Source of the DNA: a virus
IMG/VR virus record: IMGVR_UViG_3300045988_150172
Strand: one strand, 5' to 3'
Length of the DNA: 64,000 bases
In this document: positions 1 through 10,017 of the stretch, in pieces
Layout: each line of letters starts with the position of its first letter
How positions within the stretch are numbered: position 1 is the first letter of the stretch
Notes under the pieces: generated by a model
Seen by the model: the letters and a program-made list of their open reading frames with translations, nothing else
The model's database searches: none
Told to the model about the DNA's origin: nothing
Made by a program: the position numbers and the translations under genes

Positions 1-2294
1 CTATTGCCCTGTATCGCCCTGGAGCAATGGAGAACGGTTTCCATACGGAGTATGTTAAGCGTAAGGAGGGTGCGCCTGTAAGTTACTTTGTAGGTTCCGA
101 AGAAATTCTCTCTAATACTTATGGGATTTTTTGTATTTCGGAAGATAGCGATGTGCTGACTGAAAGAGGTCTTGTTAAGATTCAGGATATCATTCCTGGA
201 AAGGACAGAGTTAAAACAGAGGATGGTTCTTTTCAGACAGTCTATTTGAAGAAGGATAATGGTGTTAGAGATGTCGTTGAAGTCCAAACAGGCTTTGGGC
301 GGCCAGTGCTCTGCACCCCTAATCATAAGTTTCTAACAAGAGAACGTGGTTGGCAGGAAGCACAGAATTTGCGACACAATGAGGAAATTGTATGTTATTT
401 TGAACAACCGTTAAGAAAGGATGATCTAACTGAAAGGGAATGTCTTGAACATTGGCTGTTAGGGTATTTTCTTGCAGAGGGTAGTTGTGGTTCATCTCCA
501 TATTTTACTGTTACCAATAAGGAAGTTGCTGAAAAGGTGTCTCAGATTATATTGAAACTCTTTCCATCTATGATGGTAGGTATTAAGGAGAAAAAGACTG
601 TTCATAAATCAGGTAGGATTGGTATAACAACACGAGTATATGTGAGACAGAAGAATGGCAACAATGGCTATTTTAATGCGAATTATGAACCTAATCAGTT
701 TATTGTTTGGTTGAAAAAATGGGGTGTTTGGGGTCAGAGCTGTTATACCAAGAGACTTCCTAAAGATTATTCCTTGGACATGATTGTTGGTCTATTGGAG
801 GGTGACGGCTGTATGAAGAATTATACTTTGCGTCTTTGTAATAAGGAACTTTCTATGGATGTTTATATGGGGTTGCAGTCTTACGGGATTCAGTCTTCAT
901 ATAAAATTAGTAAGAGTGGAATACCTGTTGTAAGTTGGAATGACTTGAATCAAGAGTTTAATCTTAGATTGTTTAGTCATAAAAAATTGGTAAGACCGTC
1001 GACAGTACATTCTGGTTATGGTAGGGTTCGTTCTATTACTCCTATGGGGGCACGGAGAGTGTATGATTTGAGTGTGGATAATGTTCATAGTTTTGTTGTA
1101 AATGGCTGTGTTGTAGCGAATTGCTTCCAGGAACAAATTATGGAATTGTGTAAGTGCTTGGGTGGGCTTTCACTTGTGGAAGCTGATGATGTGCGAAAGG
1201 CTATGGTGAAGAAGAAGTATGAAGCACTTCACCAGTATCATCCACGATTTGTCGACAACTACGTGACACAGTTCGGTGTGACGAATGAATATGCTGAAAA
1301 TGTGTGGGATGCTATTGACAAGGCTTCCACCTATCTGTTCAACCGTTCTCATGCTGTTGCCTATGCTCTTACAGGTTATATCTCACAGTGGATGAAAGTT
1401 CATTATCCGATAGAATACTGGAGTGTGGCATTTAAGGAAGCAACAACAGATGACTATCCTCGTTATATTGCTGAGATCAATAAGACAGGGGTCTGTACCG
1501 TAAAACCTGTGGACATTAATCTGTCAGGAACAGGTGTGTATATTGACTTTGCGGCGAAGACGCTTTATTGGTCAGTTACAGGTGTGAAACAGGTTGCCGA
1601 CAAGGCAGCAACGCAGATACTCAAGGAACGGGACGAAAATGGTAGGTACTGGTCTCTTGATGACTTTGTAACTCGACACAAGTGGAAGGGTTCTGCTGTG
1701 AACACAAGGGTTGTGCAGAATCTAATTCTTGCAGGTGCATTTGATGCAGTAGAGAACATTACTGATGCCCCACAGAGGGTGGAACTGCTGATATCCTATT
1801 TAGCTTCCACGAAAAACAAGCTGAATGGGGAGGATCCTATTATAGCAGGGTTTGACAATCACAGGAATGATGCTTGGTGGTGGCAGCTTATGCAGAAGAA
1901 GCTTTCAGGGCTTGCATTCTTTGATTATAGTAGTATCTATGAAAAGGTGAAGCAGTTCTTTCCTGACGGTTATGAATATCACACATTTGAGGACTGTAAT
2001 GATGTTGAATATCGTCCTAACAGGGGTTATGTGATTGTTGGGGGTTATGTGTCTGCAATAGACCTTAAAAAGACTAAAAAAGGAGATGTTCTGTGTCGCA
2101 TTACACTGGAAAATAATTATGAGTTCCTGGATTTGGTGGTATTTCAGTCAGAATATGAACGTCTTCAGGAGGAAATTACGGCAAGCAAGGATAATATTGT
2201 GCTTTTGAATGCAACGCTCTACTATGATGCACGAAATGATAGAAATGCCTTACGTGCTGACATGGAGACCAATATGGTGACATTTAAGTTATAG
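1..2294 (+). CDS. dnaE: DNA polymerase III alpha subunit (DnaE-type), C-terminal portion; 5' end lies outside the window; carries an intein
   Basis: Frame is open from nt 3 (IALYRPGAMENG..). Removing 132..1121 gives TYGIF-CFQEQIMELCKCLGGLSLVEADDVRKAMVKKK, the conserved Pol III alpha YGIxxYQEQxM..SLxEADxxRRAMGKK block. NRSHAVAYAL follows. Confidence 0.85.
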   Translation, partial: IALYRPGAMENGFHTEYVKRKEGAPVSYFVGSEEILSNTYGIFCISEDSDVLTERGLVKIQDIIPGKDRVKTEDGSFQTVYLKKDNGVRDVVEVQTGFGRPVLCTPNHKFLTRERGWQEAQNLRHNEEIVCYFEQPLRKDDLTERECLEHWLLGYFLAEGSCGSSPYFTVTNKEVAEKVSQIILKLFPSMMVGIKEKKTVHKSGRIGITTRVYVRQKNGNNGYFNANYEPNQFIVWLKKWGVWGQSCYTKRLPKDYSLDMIVGLLEGDGCMKNYTLRLCNKELSMDVYMGLQSYGIQSSYKISKSGIPVVSWNDLNQEFNLRLFSHKKLVRPSTVHSGYGRVRSITPMGARRVYDLSVDNVHSFVVNGCVVANCFQEQIMELCKCLGGLSLVEADDVRKAMVKKKYEALHQYHPRFVDNYVTQFGVTNEYAENVWDAIDKASTYLFNRSHAVAYALTGYISQWMKVHYPIEYWSVAFKEATTDDYPRYIAEINKTGVCTVKPVDINLSGTGVYIDFAAKTLYWSVTGVKQVADKAATQILKERDENGRYWSLDDFVTRHKWKGSAVNTRVVQNLILAGAFDAVENITDAPQRVELLISYLASTKNKLNGEDPIIAGFDNHRNDAWWWQLMQKKLSGLAFFDYSSIYEKVKQFFPDGYEYHTFEDCNDVEYRPNRGYVIVGGYVSAIDLKKTKKGDVLCRITLENNYEFLDLVVFQSEYERLQEEITASKDNIVLLNATLYYDARNDRNALRADMETNMVTFKL
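132..1121 (+). mobile_element. Intein (330 codons) with LAGLIDADG homing-endonuclease core
   Basis: Cys1 at 132-134, TPNH block B, LLGYFLAEG (456-482) and IVGLLEGDG (783-809), C-terminal VVAN followed by +1 Cys (1122-1124). Confidence 0.8.
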
Positions 2295-2298
2295 ACTT

Positions 2299-2829
2299 AT
2301 GATAATTACAACACATTTTGCGAATGTTCCGGTAGAACTGGAAACTAATGGCTTTGACGGTCGTATAGACATAGATAGACTGACCAGTATAAATTATGAA
2401 AATCTGTTTGGGGAAGCCGTTACAGTTAGTGCGCTTTTGAATAAGGTAGGAATTCTTAGGGCTGAAGCTGAAAAGGTCGTAGCAGAAAAGAAGCTGGAGA
2501 AGGACATCTATGAAGCAGATAGAAAAAAGTTTTATCGTAGGCAGGCACAGAAGAACGGTGGTAAGTTCTTCTTTGACAATGATGAGATAAAGATGTCTGA
2601 AAAGGCTTTGGAGGAAGTTATTTTACTTGACGAGGAATACCAGCAACTGTCCTGTGAGTTGATAGAGGCACAGAAGAATTTTGCTATTCTTGACACGCTG
2701 CAATGGTCTGTTCAGGACAAAAGTAGGAAGTTGAATAACCTTTTGAAGCCTGTTACACCAGCAGAGTTTTTACAGGAGCTAGTGGATGGTGAGGTTAATT
2801 CATTTTTAATTCGTAAAAAAGGATTTTGA
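2299..2829 (+). CDS. Hypothetical protein, charged/coiled-coil-like
   Basis: Track ORF starting 5 nt after the dnaE stop. No recognisable motif. Confidence 0.6.
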   Translation: MIITTHFANVPVELETNGFDGRIDIDRLTSINYENLFGEAVTVSALLNKVGILRAEAEKVVAEKKLEKDIYEADRKKFYRRQAQKNGGKFFFDNDEIKMSEKALEEVILLDEEYQQLSCELIEAQKNFAILDTLQWSVQDKSRKLNNLLKPVTPAEFLQELVDGEVNSFLIRKKGF

Positions 2830-2830
2830 T

Positions 2831-3106
2831 ATGAAATTTGAGGATGTAGAAGAACTAAAGGAAGCCCTGTGGGAAAGAGATGCAGAAGATACGACATTCT
2901 TTGTTGATCCTGACTATATATCTGCTGTTATAGGTATTTCTACGGATGACAGGGTTGTGTATTCCTATGAGAAGATGGTTGAGTTCTTAGTGAATAGTGA
3001 TGGCATAGCCTATGAGGACGCAGAAGAGTTTATAGAATATAACACCATTCGTACGATTCCTTATATGGGTAAAAATTCACCGATAATTGTTAAGGAAGAA
3101 ATATAA
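2831..3106 (+). CDS. Hypothetical protein (91 aa)
   Basis: Track ORF starting 2 nt after the previous stop. Confidence 0.6.
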   Translation: MKFEDVEELKEALWERDAEDTTFFVDPDYISAVIGISTDDRVVYSYEKMVEFLVNSDGIAYEDAEEFIEYNTIRTIPYMGKNSPIIVKEEI

Positions 3107-3123
3107 AGAAATTCCTGATAAAC

Positions 3124-3175
3124 TCCTTGGATATCCAAGAAAAATAATTACCTTTGCCGTGTAATCATTAAATCA
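3124..3175 (+). promoter_or_regulatory. Promoter/operator cassette copy P1
   Basis: TCCTTGGATATCCAAGAAA, then TAccTTTG (3149-3156), then GTAATCATTAAATCA, with ATG at 3184. Confidence 0.7.
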
Positions 3176-3183
3176 ATAAAGTT

Positions 3184-3402
3184 ATGAAAATCGGAGACAA
3201 GAACTTTAACGAAGCATTGAGCATTATTGCTAAATCACCAACAAGGGTCAATGTCACTATTAACGAACCTGTTGAGGACAACTATTCCAATGTCCACCCT
3301 ATTCTTTTACATCAGGCGTGTGCAAAACTTATCAATAATTTGATTGGAGCCGGATTTTCAATAGGCGTGTGTTCAAAAGGTACTTGGGTTGATAAATTTT
3401 AA
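3184..3402 (+). CDS. Hypothetical protein (72 aa)
   Basis: First ORF after cassette P1. Confidence 0.55.
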   Translation: MKIGDKNFNEALSIIAKSPTRVNVTINEPVEDNYSNVHPILLHQACAKLINNLIGAGFSIGVCSKGTWVDKF

Positions 3403-3534
3403 TTTTAAGTTATGGCAGAATTTATCCATATTTCAGGTGAGTTTTATATTAAACAGTGTGAAACAGCCCCACAGGCATACGACATTTATCGTAAGAAAAA
3501 TGAATGTTAATAGAGAAAGGCATCCTATGGTAAA

Positions 3535-3705
3535 ATGGAAGACATTTCTTATGCAGTTCCTCTTCCGTATGCACTTCATCGTATAGCGAATGCGTTGGCA
3601 GCAGAAGAATCAGCTAACATTTATGAGCTTGCAGATAATCTTAAGAAATATCAGGATGATTTCTTGGAAAGCGTTAAACAAATAGTGAAAATTTACAAAT
3701 CCTAA
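3535..3705 (+). CDS. Hypothetical small protein (56 aa)
   Basis: ATG ORF below the track cutoff (MEDISYAVPLPYALHRIANALAAEE..KIYKS). It looks more protein-like than the overlapping track ORF 3389..3586. Confidence 0.3.
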   Translation: MEDISYAVPLPYALHRIANALAAEESANIYELADNLKKYQDDFLESVKQIVKIYKS

Positions 3706-3723
3706 TTATAAATAAAAGAAATT

Positions 3724-5130
3724 ATGGCAAGTTTTAACAGAGACAGGTTCAGGGCAACACCACTATCAACGGTAAATTCAACCGTTACGGAAACAAAGCA
3801 GTATGACACCTTTTACGGTGGAAGCAGCGACTATGCACCATTCTTTAAGAATGTGGAGGGTGTGACCATTAAGAGGGTTCTCCCAGCACATGAGCCAGGA
3901 GACAGTCCTTACGTTCCTATGATGACTTCAATGCTTGAGTGTGAAGTTGAGGACAAGAAGGATGGTGTGGTTATTGGTAAGAAGATTGCCAAGAAGAAAA
4001 TCTTTATTGCCACACTTCATGCAGGATCAAAGTACGACATCATTGATGAGTACATTAAGAGGGTGTATGCTCTTGCGGAGCAGTATCAGGATAAGGATGA
4101 ACGTAGCAGATTCCTTAACCCAATTACAGGCTATAGAATGGGTAAACAGTGGGTTTCAGGCATTCGTCCACAGCTGGAGTATGTCTATTATGCACTCATT
4201 AACGGTCAGATTTATCGCGATAGCTTGAAGCCGAAACAGATGGAAGCTCTCAACAAGGAGTCCGCTGAAATGTGTGCACAGGATGATACAGCAGCAATAG
4301 ACATTTTCAGTGATCCTTCAACTGGTTACCCTATTCAGTGGTCACGTGAAAAGGATGAGAACGGTAAGACTGTTGAAGTCTTGAAGGCACTTCCGCTTCC
4401 TCGCACAATGTCCTGGGATCAGTATTTTGAAAAGTACGCTGTTCCTGATAAGGTGCTTGAGGATCTTCTTAAGCTTCCTTCGCTTAAGAGCTTGTACGTT
4501 GGTTCCTATCGTAAGAAGGACTTCGAGTATGCACTGGATGGCCTGAAGAGGTTTGACCAGAACAATGGTTACAATGTCTTTGCTGATGAGGACTATCTGG
4601 ACTATATAGAAAGAGCCGAAGCTGAGCTTTCCAAGAAGTGGGGTTCAGAGGAGGATACTGATTCAGCACCACAGCCAAAGACAGCACCAGCACCTCAGGA
4701 GGAAGCACCTGCAAAGCCGAAGCCTGTTACAAAGAAGTCAGTGGCTAAGAAAGTGGCACCTGAAGAACCCACACTGGAGCAGAAGCTGAAAGTTATTAAT
4801 GTGGAATTTGTTAGGCAGTATGGTAATGAGTATGAGGAAATTACTATTGATGACTTGGGTTCTGATCTAGATTCCATCTATGCACTTGCAGTTAAGAAGG
4901 AGGATCTTGGCTATGATCTTGACCATGTTCCTGGATGGGATGCTAAACCTGAAGCACCTGCAAAGCCGAAGCCGAAGCCAGTTTCAAAGGTTGAGGATCC
5001 TGAACCTGAAGCAGCTCCAGAACCAGAGCCACAGGCAGCAGCTCCACAGCCATCAGGCAATGCAACGGCACAGTCTGCTCTGGAAAGAATTAAGGCTATG
5101 CGTGAAAGGGCTAAAATGAACAAACAATAA
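3724..5130 (+). CDS. Replication-module protein, possible gp32-like ssDNA-binding protein with low-complexity PAPKP tail
   Basis: Sits between the polymerase and recombination genes. TIKRVLPAHEPGDSPYVP resembles the T4 gp32 VIRFLPSKNDEQAPF segment. The C-terminus has repeated APAKPKP tracts. The function call is weak. Confidence 0.4.
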   Translation: MASFNRDRFRATPLSTVNSTVTETKQYDTFYGGSSDYAPFFKNVEGVTIKRVLPAHEPGDSPYVPMMTSMLECEVEDKKDGVVIGKKIAKKKIFIATLHAGSKYDIIDEYIKRVYALAEQYQDKDERSRFLNPITGYRMGKQWVSGIRPQLEYVYYALINGQIYRDSLKPKQMEALNKESAEMCAQDDTAAIDIFSDPSTGYPIQWSREKDENGKTVEVLKALPLPRTMSWDQYFEKYAVPDKVLEDLLKLPSLKSLYVGSYRKKDFEYALDGLKRFDQNNGYNVFADEDYLDYIERAEAELSKKWGSEEDTDSAPQPKTAPAPQEEAPAKPKPVTKKSVAKKVAPEEPTLEQKLKVINVEFVRQYGNEYEEITIDDLGSDLDSIYALAVKKEDLGYDLDHVPGWDAKPEAPAKPKPKPVSKVEDPEPEAAPEPEPQAAAPQPSGNATAQSALERIKAMRERAKMNKQ

Positions 5131-5149
5131 TGAAGTAGTAAATGTGATT

Positions 5150-5179
5150 GAGGGGTGGCAGTGATACCACCCCTCTTTT
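5150..5179 (+). terminator. Rho-independent terminator
   Basis: GAGGGGTGG (5150-5158) pairs with CCACCCCTC (5167-5175), followed by TTTT. Confidence 0.75.
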
Positions 5180-5192
5180 AATCTAATCATAT

Positions 5193-6221
5193 ATGATGAA
5201 ACAACCTTTAGCAATAATCAGCACGGACTGGCATATTAAGGCTGATAATAAGGAATCAATTTTGAGTATTACAGAACAGGAGATACAGTTGGCTCAGAAC
5301 TGTGGCGTGAGTACGATTATATGGCTTGGCGACATATTTGACAGTAGAACGAGCCAGAGTCAGGAGCTTCTTACCCTTATGGATAGCATTCTGAATATGT
5401 ATTATCTTGCAGGGTTGACCGTACACTGTATTCCTGGAAATCATGATAAAACAGATTACGGTGATGATAAAAGCTTCCTAACAGTGTTCAAGTATCATCC
5501 AAATTTCCATTTACATGAAGAACTGGACATGTTTGTTCTTGGGCAATATAAATTCTGGTTAATGCCTTTTTACAGACAGGATGTGTATCTTAAGAAATTT
5601 GAAATGTGTACCCCTTTGGGTCGGTGTGTTCTATTCAGTCACACAGCTATTCAGGGTTCTATCAACAATGATGGCAGCAAGGTGGAGTCTTCCATTAAGG
5701 CTTCTCTGTTTAAGGGGTTTGAAAAGGTCTTTCTTGGGCATTATCATAATAGACAGCAGCCAGCCAAGAACATCTTTCATCTACCGAGCGTGCAGCAGAA
5801 CAATTTTGGGGAGGATGAGGACAAGGGTTTTACCGTTCTGTATGATGATCTGTCCTTTGACCTTGTAAAGTCAGTTTTTAAGCCTTATAAGGAGATTGTA
5901 GTTGATGCTCGGACAGTCACCTCGGAGGAACTTGTAGAACTTTCCAAGTCGTCCGTAGATGGGGTGAATCTGCGTCTTACGTTTACAGGGGATAAACAGG
6001 CAGTAAAAAAGATTGACCGAAAAAAATTCACAGCCGTCGGTATAAGTGTGCAGGTTAAGTATGATGATGTCAATGTTGATGAGGTGGATGAGCACCAGAA
6101 TATCATTGCAATGACCGGAACCAGTATTGCGGAGAAATTTGAAGAATTTTGTAAGGAAAAAGGTTATGATTATATAAAGGGTTACGAACTATTAAAAGAA
6201 ATAATGAAATGGCAGGAATAG
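5193..6221 (+). CDS. sbcD: SbcD/Mre11-type nuclease
   Basis: Calcineurin-like phosphoesterase motifs: STDWH, WLGDIFD, IPGNHD, FSHT, LGHYH. Confidence 0.85.
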   Translation: MMKQPLAIISTDWHIKADNKESILSITEQEIQLAQNCGVSTIIWLGDIFDSRTSQSQELLTLMDSILNMYYLAGLTVHCIPGNHDKTDYGDDKSFLTVFKYHPNFHLHEELDMFVLGQYKFWLMPFYRQDVYLKKFEMCTPLGRCVLFSHTAIQGSINNDGSKVESSIKASLFKGFEKVFLGHYHNRQQPAKNIFHLPSVQQNNFGEDEDKGFTVLYDDLSFDLVKSVFKPYKEIVVDARTVTSEELVELSKSSVDGVNLRLTFTGDKQAVKKIDRKKFTAVGISVQVKYDDVNVDEVDEHQNIIAMTGTSIAEKFEEFCKEKGYDYIKGYELLKEIMKWQE

Positions 6222-7171
6222 AAGAACTTGTATCCACCCTACAGAAGAAATTCGGTAAGGAGATTGTAGCTGGGAACACTTCACAGGAAGTTACATTCAT
6301 ATCGTCAGGCAGTATGGGTCTAGACTTGGCCTTGGGTGGGGGTTATCCTCTTGGAAGAATAGTGGAACTCAGAGGATATGAATCAAGCGGTAAGACGACT
6401 CTTGCACTTACAGCCTGTGCAAGCATTCAAAGGCAGACAGGTAAGGCGATTATCTATGTTGACAGGGAGAATGCTATTGACATGGACTATGTGGAAGCTC
6501 TTGGCGTGGATATCTCTCCTGATAAATTCATTCTGACACAGGCAGGCACTGCTGAGGAATGTCTTGAAATTATACGTGAATCGGCAAAGTCAGATGCTGT
6601 TGGTGGTATTGTCATGGATTCTGTGGCGGCTATGTTTCCACGGTGCTATCTGGATGCGGAGGTGGGGGATGCCAAGATGGGTGTTCTGGCTCGACTGATG
6701 TCAGCGTGGCTTCCAGGAATTGTGGGTGACTTGAAGAGAAACAACATCATTGCTCTGTTCATCAACCAGTATCGTGAAAAGATAGGTGTGATGTATGGTT
6801 CACCTAAGACAACTCCAGGAGGAAAGAGTTTGGGTTTTTATGCAAGTCAGATTCTGGATATTGCTAAATCAGGTGTTATAGGTGACAAGGGTGAGGAATC
6901 AGCCATTCACGTTAAGGTACGCGTGGAGAAGAATAAGGTTGCACCACCACTTCGCAAGGCGGAGTTTGATATTCGCTTTGGAGAGGGGGTTGATAGGGCT
7001 TCTGAAGTGCTTGAGCTGGCTGTTGGTTATGAAGTCATTGAGAAGAAAGGCACGTTTTTCCGCTATAATGGTAGTTTGATTGGTCAGGGTGCTGAAAAGG
7101 CAAGAATTTTTCTTAGAGACAATCTAGAACTGATGCAGGAGATTGAATCAAAGATAACAGAAAAGATTTAG
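6209..7171 (+). CDS. recA: RecA recombinase
   Basis: SSGSMGLDLALGGGYPLGRIVELRGYESSGKTTLAL closely matches the bacterial RecA N-terminal/Walker A region. Confidence 0.9.
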   Translation: MAGIEELVSTLQKKFGKEIVAGNTSQEVTFISSGSMGLDLALGGGYPLGRIVELRGYESSGKTTLALTACASIQRQTGKAIIYVDRENAIDMDYVEALGVDISPDKFILTQAGTAEECLEIIRESAKSDAVGGIVMDSVAAMFPRCYLDAEVGDAKMGVLARLMSAWLPGIVGDLKRNNIIALFINQYREKIGVMYGSPKTTPGGKSLGFYASQILDIAKSGVIGDKGEESAIHVKVRVEKNKVAPPLRKAEFDIRFGEGVDRASEVLELAVGYEVIEKKGTFFRYNGSLIGQGAEKARIFLRDNLELMQEIESKITEKI

Positions 7172-7175
7172 GCGT

Positions 7176-9170
7176 ATGCGACTGGAAACGTTAAGATTAA
7201 AGAATTTTCTATCTTTTAGGGAATTGAACCATACATTCCGTAATGGGGCGACCCTTATTCAGGGTAAGAATCTTACGGATGATAGCAAGGAGACAAATGG
7301 TGCTGGAAAGTCCACTATGGAAGCTGGTATTTCTTATGCACTGATGGCTACATCGCTTCGTAAGCAGACACTGGATAGGGATCTAATAAGGTGGGGTGAG
7401 GATGAAGCAGAAGTTGAATTAACACTGTTTTGCCCAGTAAGGAATCAACGCCTTAGAATTTTTAGAAAAATCCGTAGCAAGGGATCAGCGACACTTGAAC
7501 TATATGTAAATGAACAGCCTGTTCAGTTTGCTTCTGTGCTGGAAGGAAACAGGTATATTCTGGACTGGATAGCTATAACACCTGACGACCTAAAGTCATT
7601 CTATATTCTTAATAAGGAAAATTATAAGTCGTTCTTGAGTGCTTCCAATACAGACAAGCTTGCTCTTATTAATCGGTTTATGAAAGCAGAGCAGCTGGAA
7701 GCCGCTGATGATGTTGTAAAGGAGAGAAGCATTCCTTACATTGAAAAGCGCGATGCGGCTCAGAAAAAGGTTTTTTCGGTGGAGGGGGAATTAGACGCTT
7801 ACAGGAGTCAATTGACCCATGAACAGTCCCGTAATCTTGATGAGGAGCTTGAACAGCAAATTGGGGTGATTAACGAGCGAATAAGTGGGTATAGGCTGAA
7901 GATCCAAACGTGTGAGGATAATAATAGGCAGATGGAAGAACTGCAAGGTAAGGTTGAGCTGGAAGTTGATCAGAGAAAGAAAGTCTTGGCGACAGTGAAA
8001 CAATCACTTGAAGCAATGGTGGTTGACAACACACTTGAACAACAGAAGGAATCAATCAGGCAGGAACGTCAGGGGTTGGATAATGCAGTGCTTGAAGCAC
8101 GTAATTTTCGTAACGAAGAGAATAGAAGACTTGATGAAACGAACAGAAAATTAGCTGAACTGAATAAGATGCTTGCAGGTACTGTTACGTGTCCACACTG
8201 CCACCACAGATTCCTACTTAATGATACGGAACATTCTATTGCCGCACTTGAAAGTGAAAAGGTAAATCTGACCTATGATGTGCAGATTCATAATGACACA
8301 ATCAATGAAGTTAATAAAGTGCTTGATGAACTTGCAGACAATCTTTCCACCTATGCTGGTAAGGAGGAGGAAATTGTTGAAGCTATGAACAAGCGTGATA
8401 TTGAATTATCAGCATTGCGTAAACAGGTTGCGGAAGCGGAGCGTACAATTTACAGTAAAGAGGCCTTATTGAGTCAATATGAGGAGACTGTTAATCGTAA
8501 CAATTCTACTATTGAAAATCTACAGAAGGATATTCAACAGGAGGAGGAACGAATTGCTGTACTGGAAAAGAATGGCATTCAGACAAAGGTTGAAGAATAT
8601 GAGGGTTTAATAACTTTGACGGAAAGGAAACTGGAGCGTGCTCAGAAGGAACTTGAAAAGGCAGAAGCTGAACTCAGTGAACTTCAACAGTGGGGGCAGC
8701 GATTTAAGGACTTTAGAATGTCATTAGCCTGTGGCCAGTTGAAAGTGATTCAGGATGCTGCAAATCTGTCTCTTGAACGGCAAAAATCTGAACTTCGTGT
8801 TTCCATTGACGGTTTCAAGGTGAATGCTAAAGGTCAGATTAAGAGTGAAATTACAGTGCTTGTTATCAACGGTGAGGGTGAATATAAAAGTTTCTGGTCA
8901 TATAGTGGGGGTGAACGTGCTAGAGTGGAGATGGCTATGATACAGGCATTTCAGGAAATGCTCAACGCTACGAACCCCTATGGTGGGCTGGATTTTTTGA
9001 TGATTGATGAAGTGCTGGAGGGGACTGACCCCCTTGGGTTAAGTTTACTCATTGAATCGTTGAAGGACGTAGAAAATCCAGTTTATATAATTAGTCATGT
9101 GATGAACATTAAGGTTGGAACACCAATTTTAACTGTTGTGAAAGAAAAAGGTATAAGCAGAATTGAATGA
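7176..9170 (+). CDS. sbcC: SbcC/Rad50-type ATPase
   Basis: N-terminal Walker A (NGAGKST), long coiled coil with CPHC zinc hook, C-terminal SGGERARV signature and LMIDEV Walker B. Confidence 0.85.
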   Translation: MRLETLRLKNFLSFRELNHTFRNGATLIQGKNLTDDSKETNGAGKSTMEAGISYALMATSLRKQTLDRDLIRWGEDEAEVELTLFCPVRNQRLRIFRKIRSKGSATLELYVNEQPVQFASVLEGNRYILDWIAITPDDLKSFYILNKENYKSFLSASNTDKLALINRFMKAEQLEAADDVVKERSIPYIEKRDAAQKKVFSVEGELDAYRSQLTHEQSRNLDEELEQQIGVINERISGYRLKIQTCEDNNRQMEELQGKVELEVDQRKKVLATVKQSLEAMVVDNTLEQQKESIRQERQGLDNAVLEARNFRNEENRRLDETNRKLAELNKMLAGTVTCPHCHHRFLLNDTEHSIAALESEKVNLTYDVQIHNDTINEVNKVLDELADNLSTYAGKEEEIVEAMNKRDIELSALRKQVAEAERTIYSKEALLSQYEETVNRNNSTIENLQKDIQQEEERIAVLEKNGIQTKVEEYEGLITLTERKLERAQKELEKAEAELSELQQWGQRFKDFRMSLACGQLKVIQDAANLSLERQKSELRVSIDGFKVNAKGQIKSEITVLVINGEGEYKSFWSYSGGERARVEMAMIQAFQEMLNATNPYGGLDFLMIDEVLEGTDPLGLSLLIESLKDVENPVYIISHVMNIKVGTPILTVVKEKGISRIE

Positions 9171-9667
9171 ATGATAAAACGATAATAGGCGTTGATCCTG
9201 GAAAGGAAGGATTTATAACTGTAATGAGGGGTGGTGCGTTTGTTCACCATCCCATACCCATGGTAGGTCATCGGGAACTGGATATGGTTGCTCTTTCAGC
9301 TTTAATTGTTAGTATTGCAAGTGAATGTGATCCTAAGATGACACAGGTTGTTATAGAGGATGTTCATGCTATCTATGGTAGTTCTGCTGGAGCAACATTT
9401 ACATTTGGAGGGATAGCCTATGCTCTTAGAATGGGGTTCATCATGGTGGGGCTTCCTGTGGTGCTTGTAGCTCCTAAGAAGTGGCAGAAGGAGATGTTTG
9501 AAGGGGTTAAGGTTGATCCAGATAAAAAGGTGATGTCCATAGCAGCCGCAAAGCGTCTGTGTCCTGGAGCTGATTTACGAAGAACACCAAGGTGTACCAA
9601 GCCTGATGATAATCTTACCGATTCGTTACTTATTGCCATCTATGGTTCAAGACATTATGTATTATGA
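9167..9667 (+). CDS. RuvC-like Holliday junction resolvase
   Basis: IIGVDPGKEG, VIEDVHAIYG and NLTDSLLIAIYG fit the RuvC-fold acidic residues. Start overlaps the sbcC stop. Confidence 0.7.
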   Translation: MNDKTIIGVDPGKEGFITVMRGGAFVHHPIPMVGHRELDMVALSALIVSIASECDPKMTQVVIEDVHAIYGSSAGATFTFGGIAYALRMGFIMVGLPVVLVAPKKWQKEMFEGVKVDPDKKVMSIAAAKRLCPGADLRRTPRCTKPDDNLTDSLLIAIYGSRHYVL

Positions 9668-10017
9668 AATGGGTGTTAAAGTGTTCAAATAAGGCAGATT
9701 GTGAATTTGCTAATAGTGGTAAGTGGCTGGAGTCAGGCTGTTATACGCTAAAGTATGATAGGAAAAGGAAAAGAATGTTTCCAACTTCAGATGAGGATGT
9801 AAGGTGTCCAGTCTGTGGCAGGATTCTTCGATGGGAGGAGCAGTCTGTTCCTATATCAAATTTTGGTGTCAGTACATTTAATGGTCTTTCGGATGAAGCA
9901 AAGAAGAAAGTTCTTCGTGAAAGGTTTGATGCTGACAATAAGCGTACTGGGAATGACATTAAGGCAAATAATCATCGTAAGGCGATGGAAAAACTAATAG
10001 GATATGACAAGCAATGA
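9664..10017 (+). CDS. Hypothetical zinc-ribbon protein
   Basis: Cys pairs CSNKADC and CPVCG. Start overlaps the previous stop. Confidence 0.55.
   Translation: MKWVLKCSNKADCEFANSGKWLESGCYTLKYDRKRKRMFPTSDEDVRCPVCGRILRWEEQSVPISNFGVSTFNGLSDEAKKKVLRERFDADNKRTGNDIKANNHRKAMEKLIGYDKQ

Noticed and set aside
3389-3586. Track ORF 3389..3586. Separately, the frame 3412..3705 is continuous except for an in-frame TAA TAG pair at 3508-3513, which could suggest readthrough or stop-codon reassignment.
   Set aside because: The 3389 ORF has an implausible composition. Tandem TAA-TAG is a strong termination signal. All large genes in the window are intact under the standard code, so there is no evidence for TAG or TGA recoding. 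I read it as two small ORFs, 3412..3510 and 3535..3705.
5193-9170. SbcD, RecA and SbcC clustered together might be read as a defence-type SMC/nuclease system.
   Set aside because: The context (polymerase, resolvase, ligase, helicases) and the motifs fit the standard phage recombination-dependent replication module.
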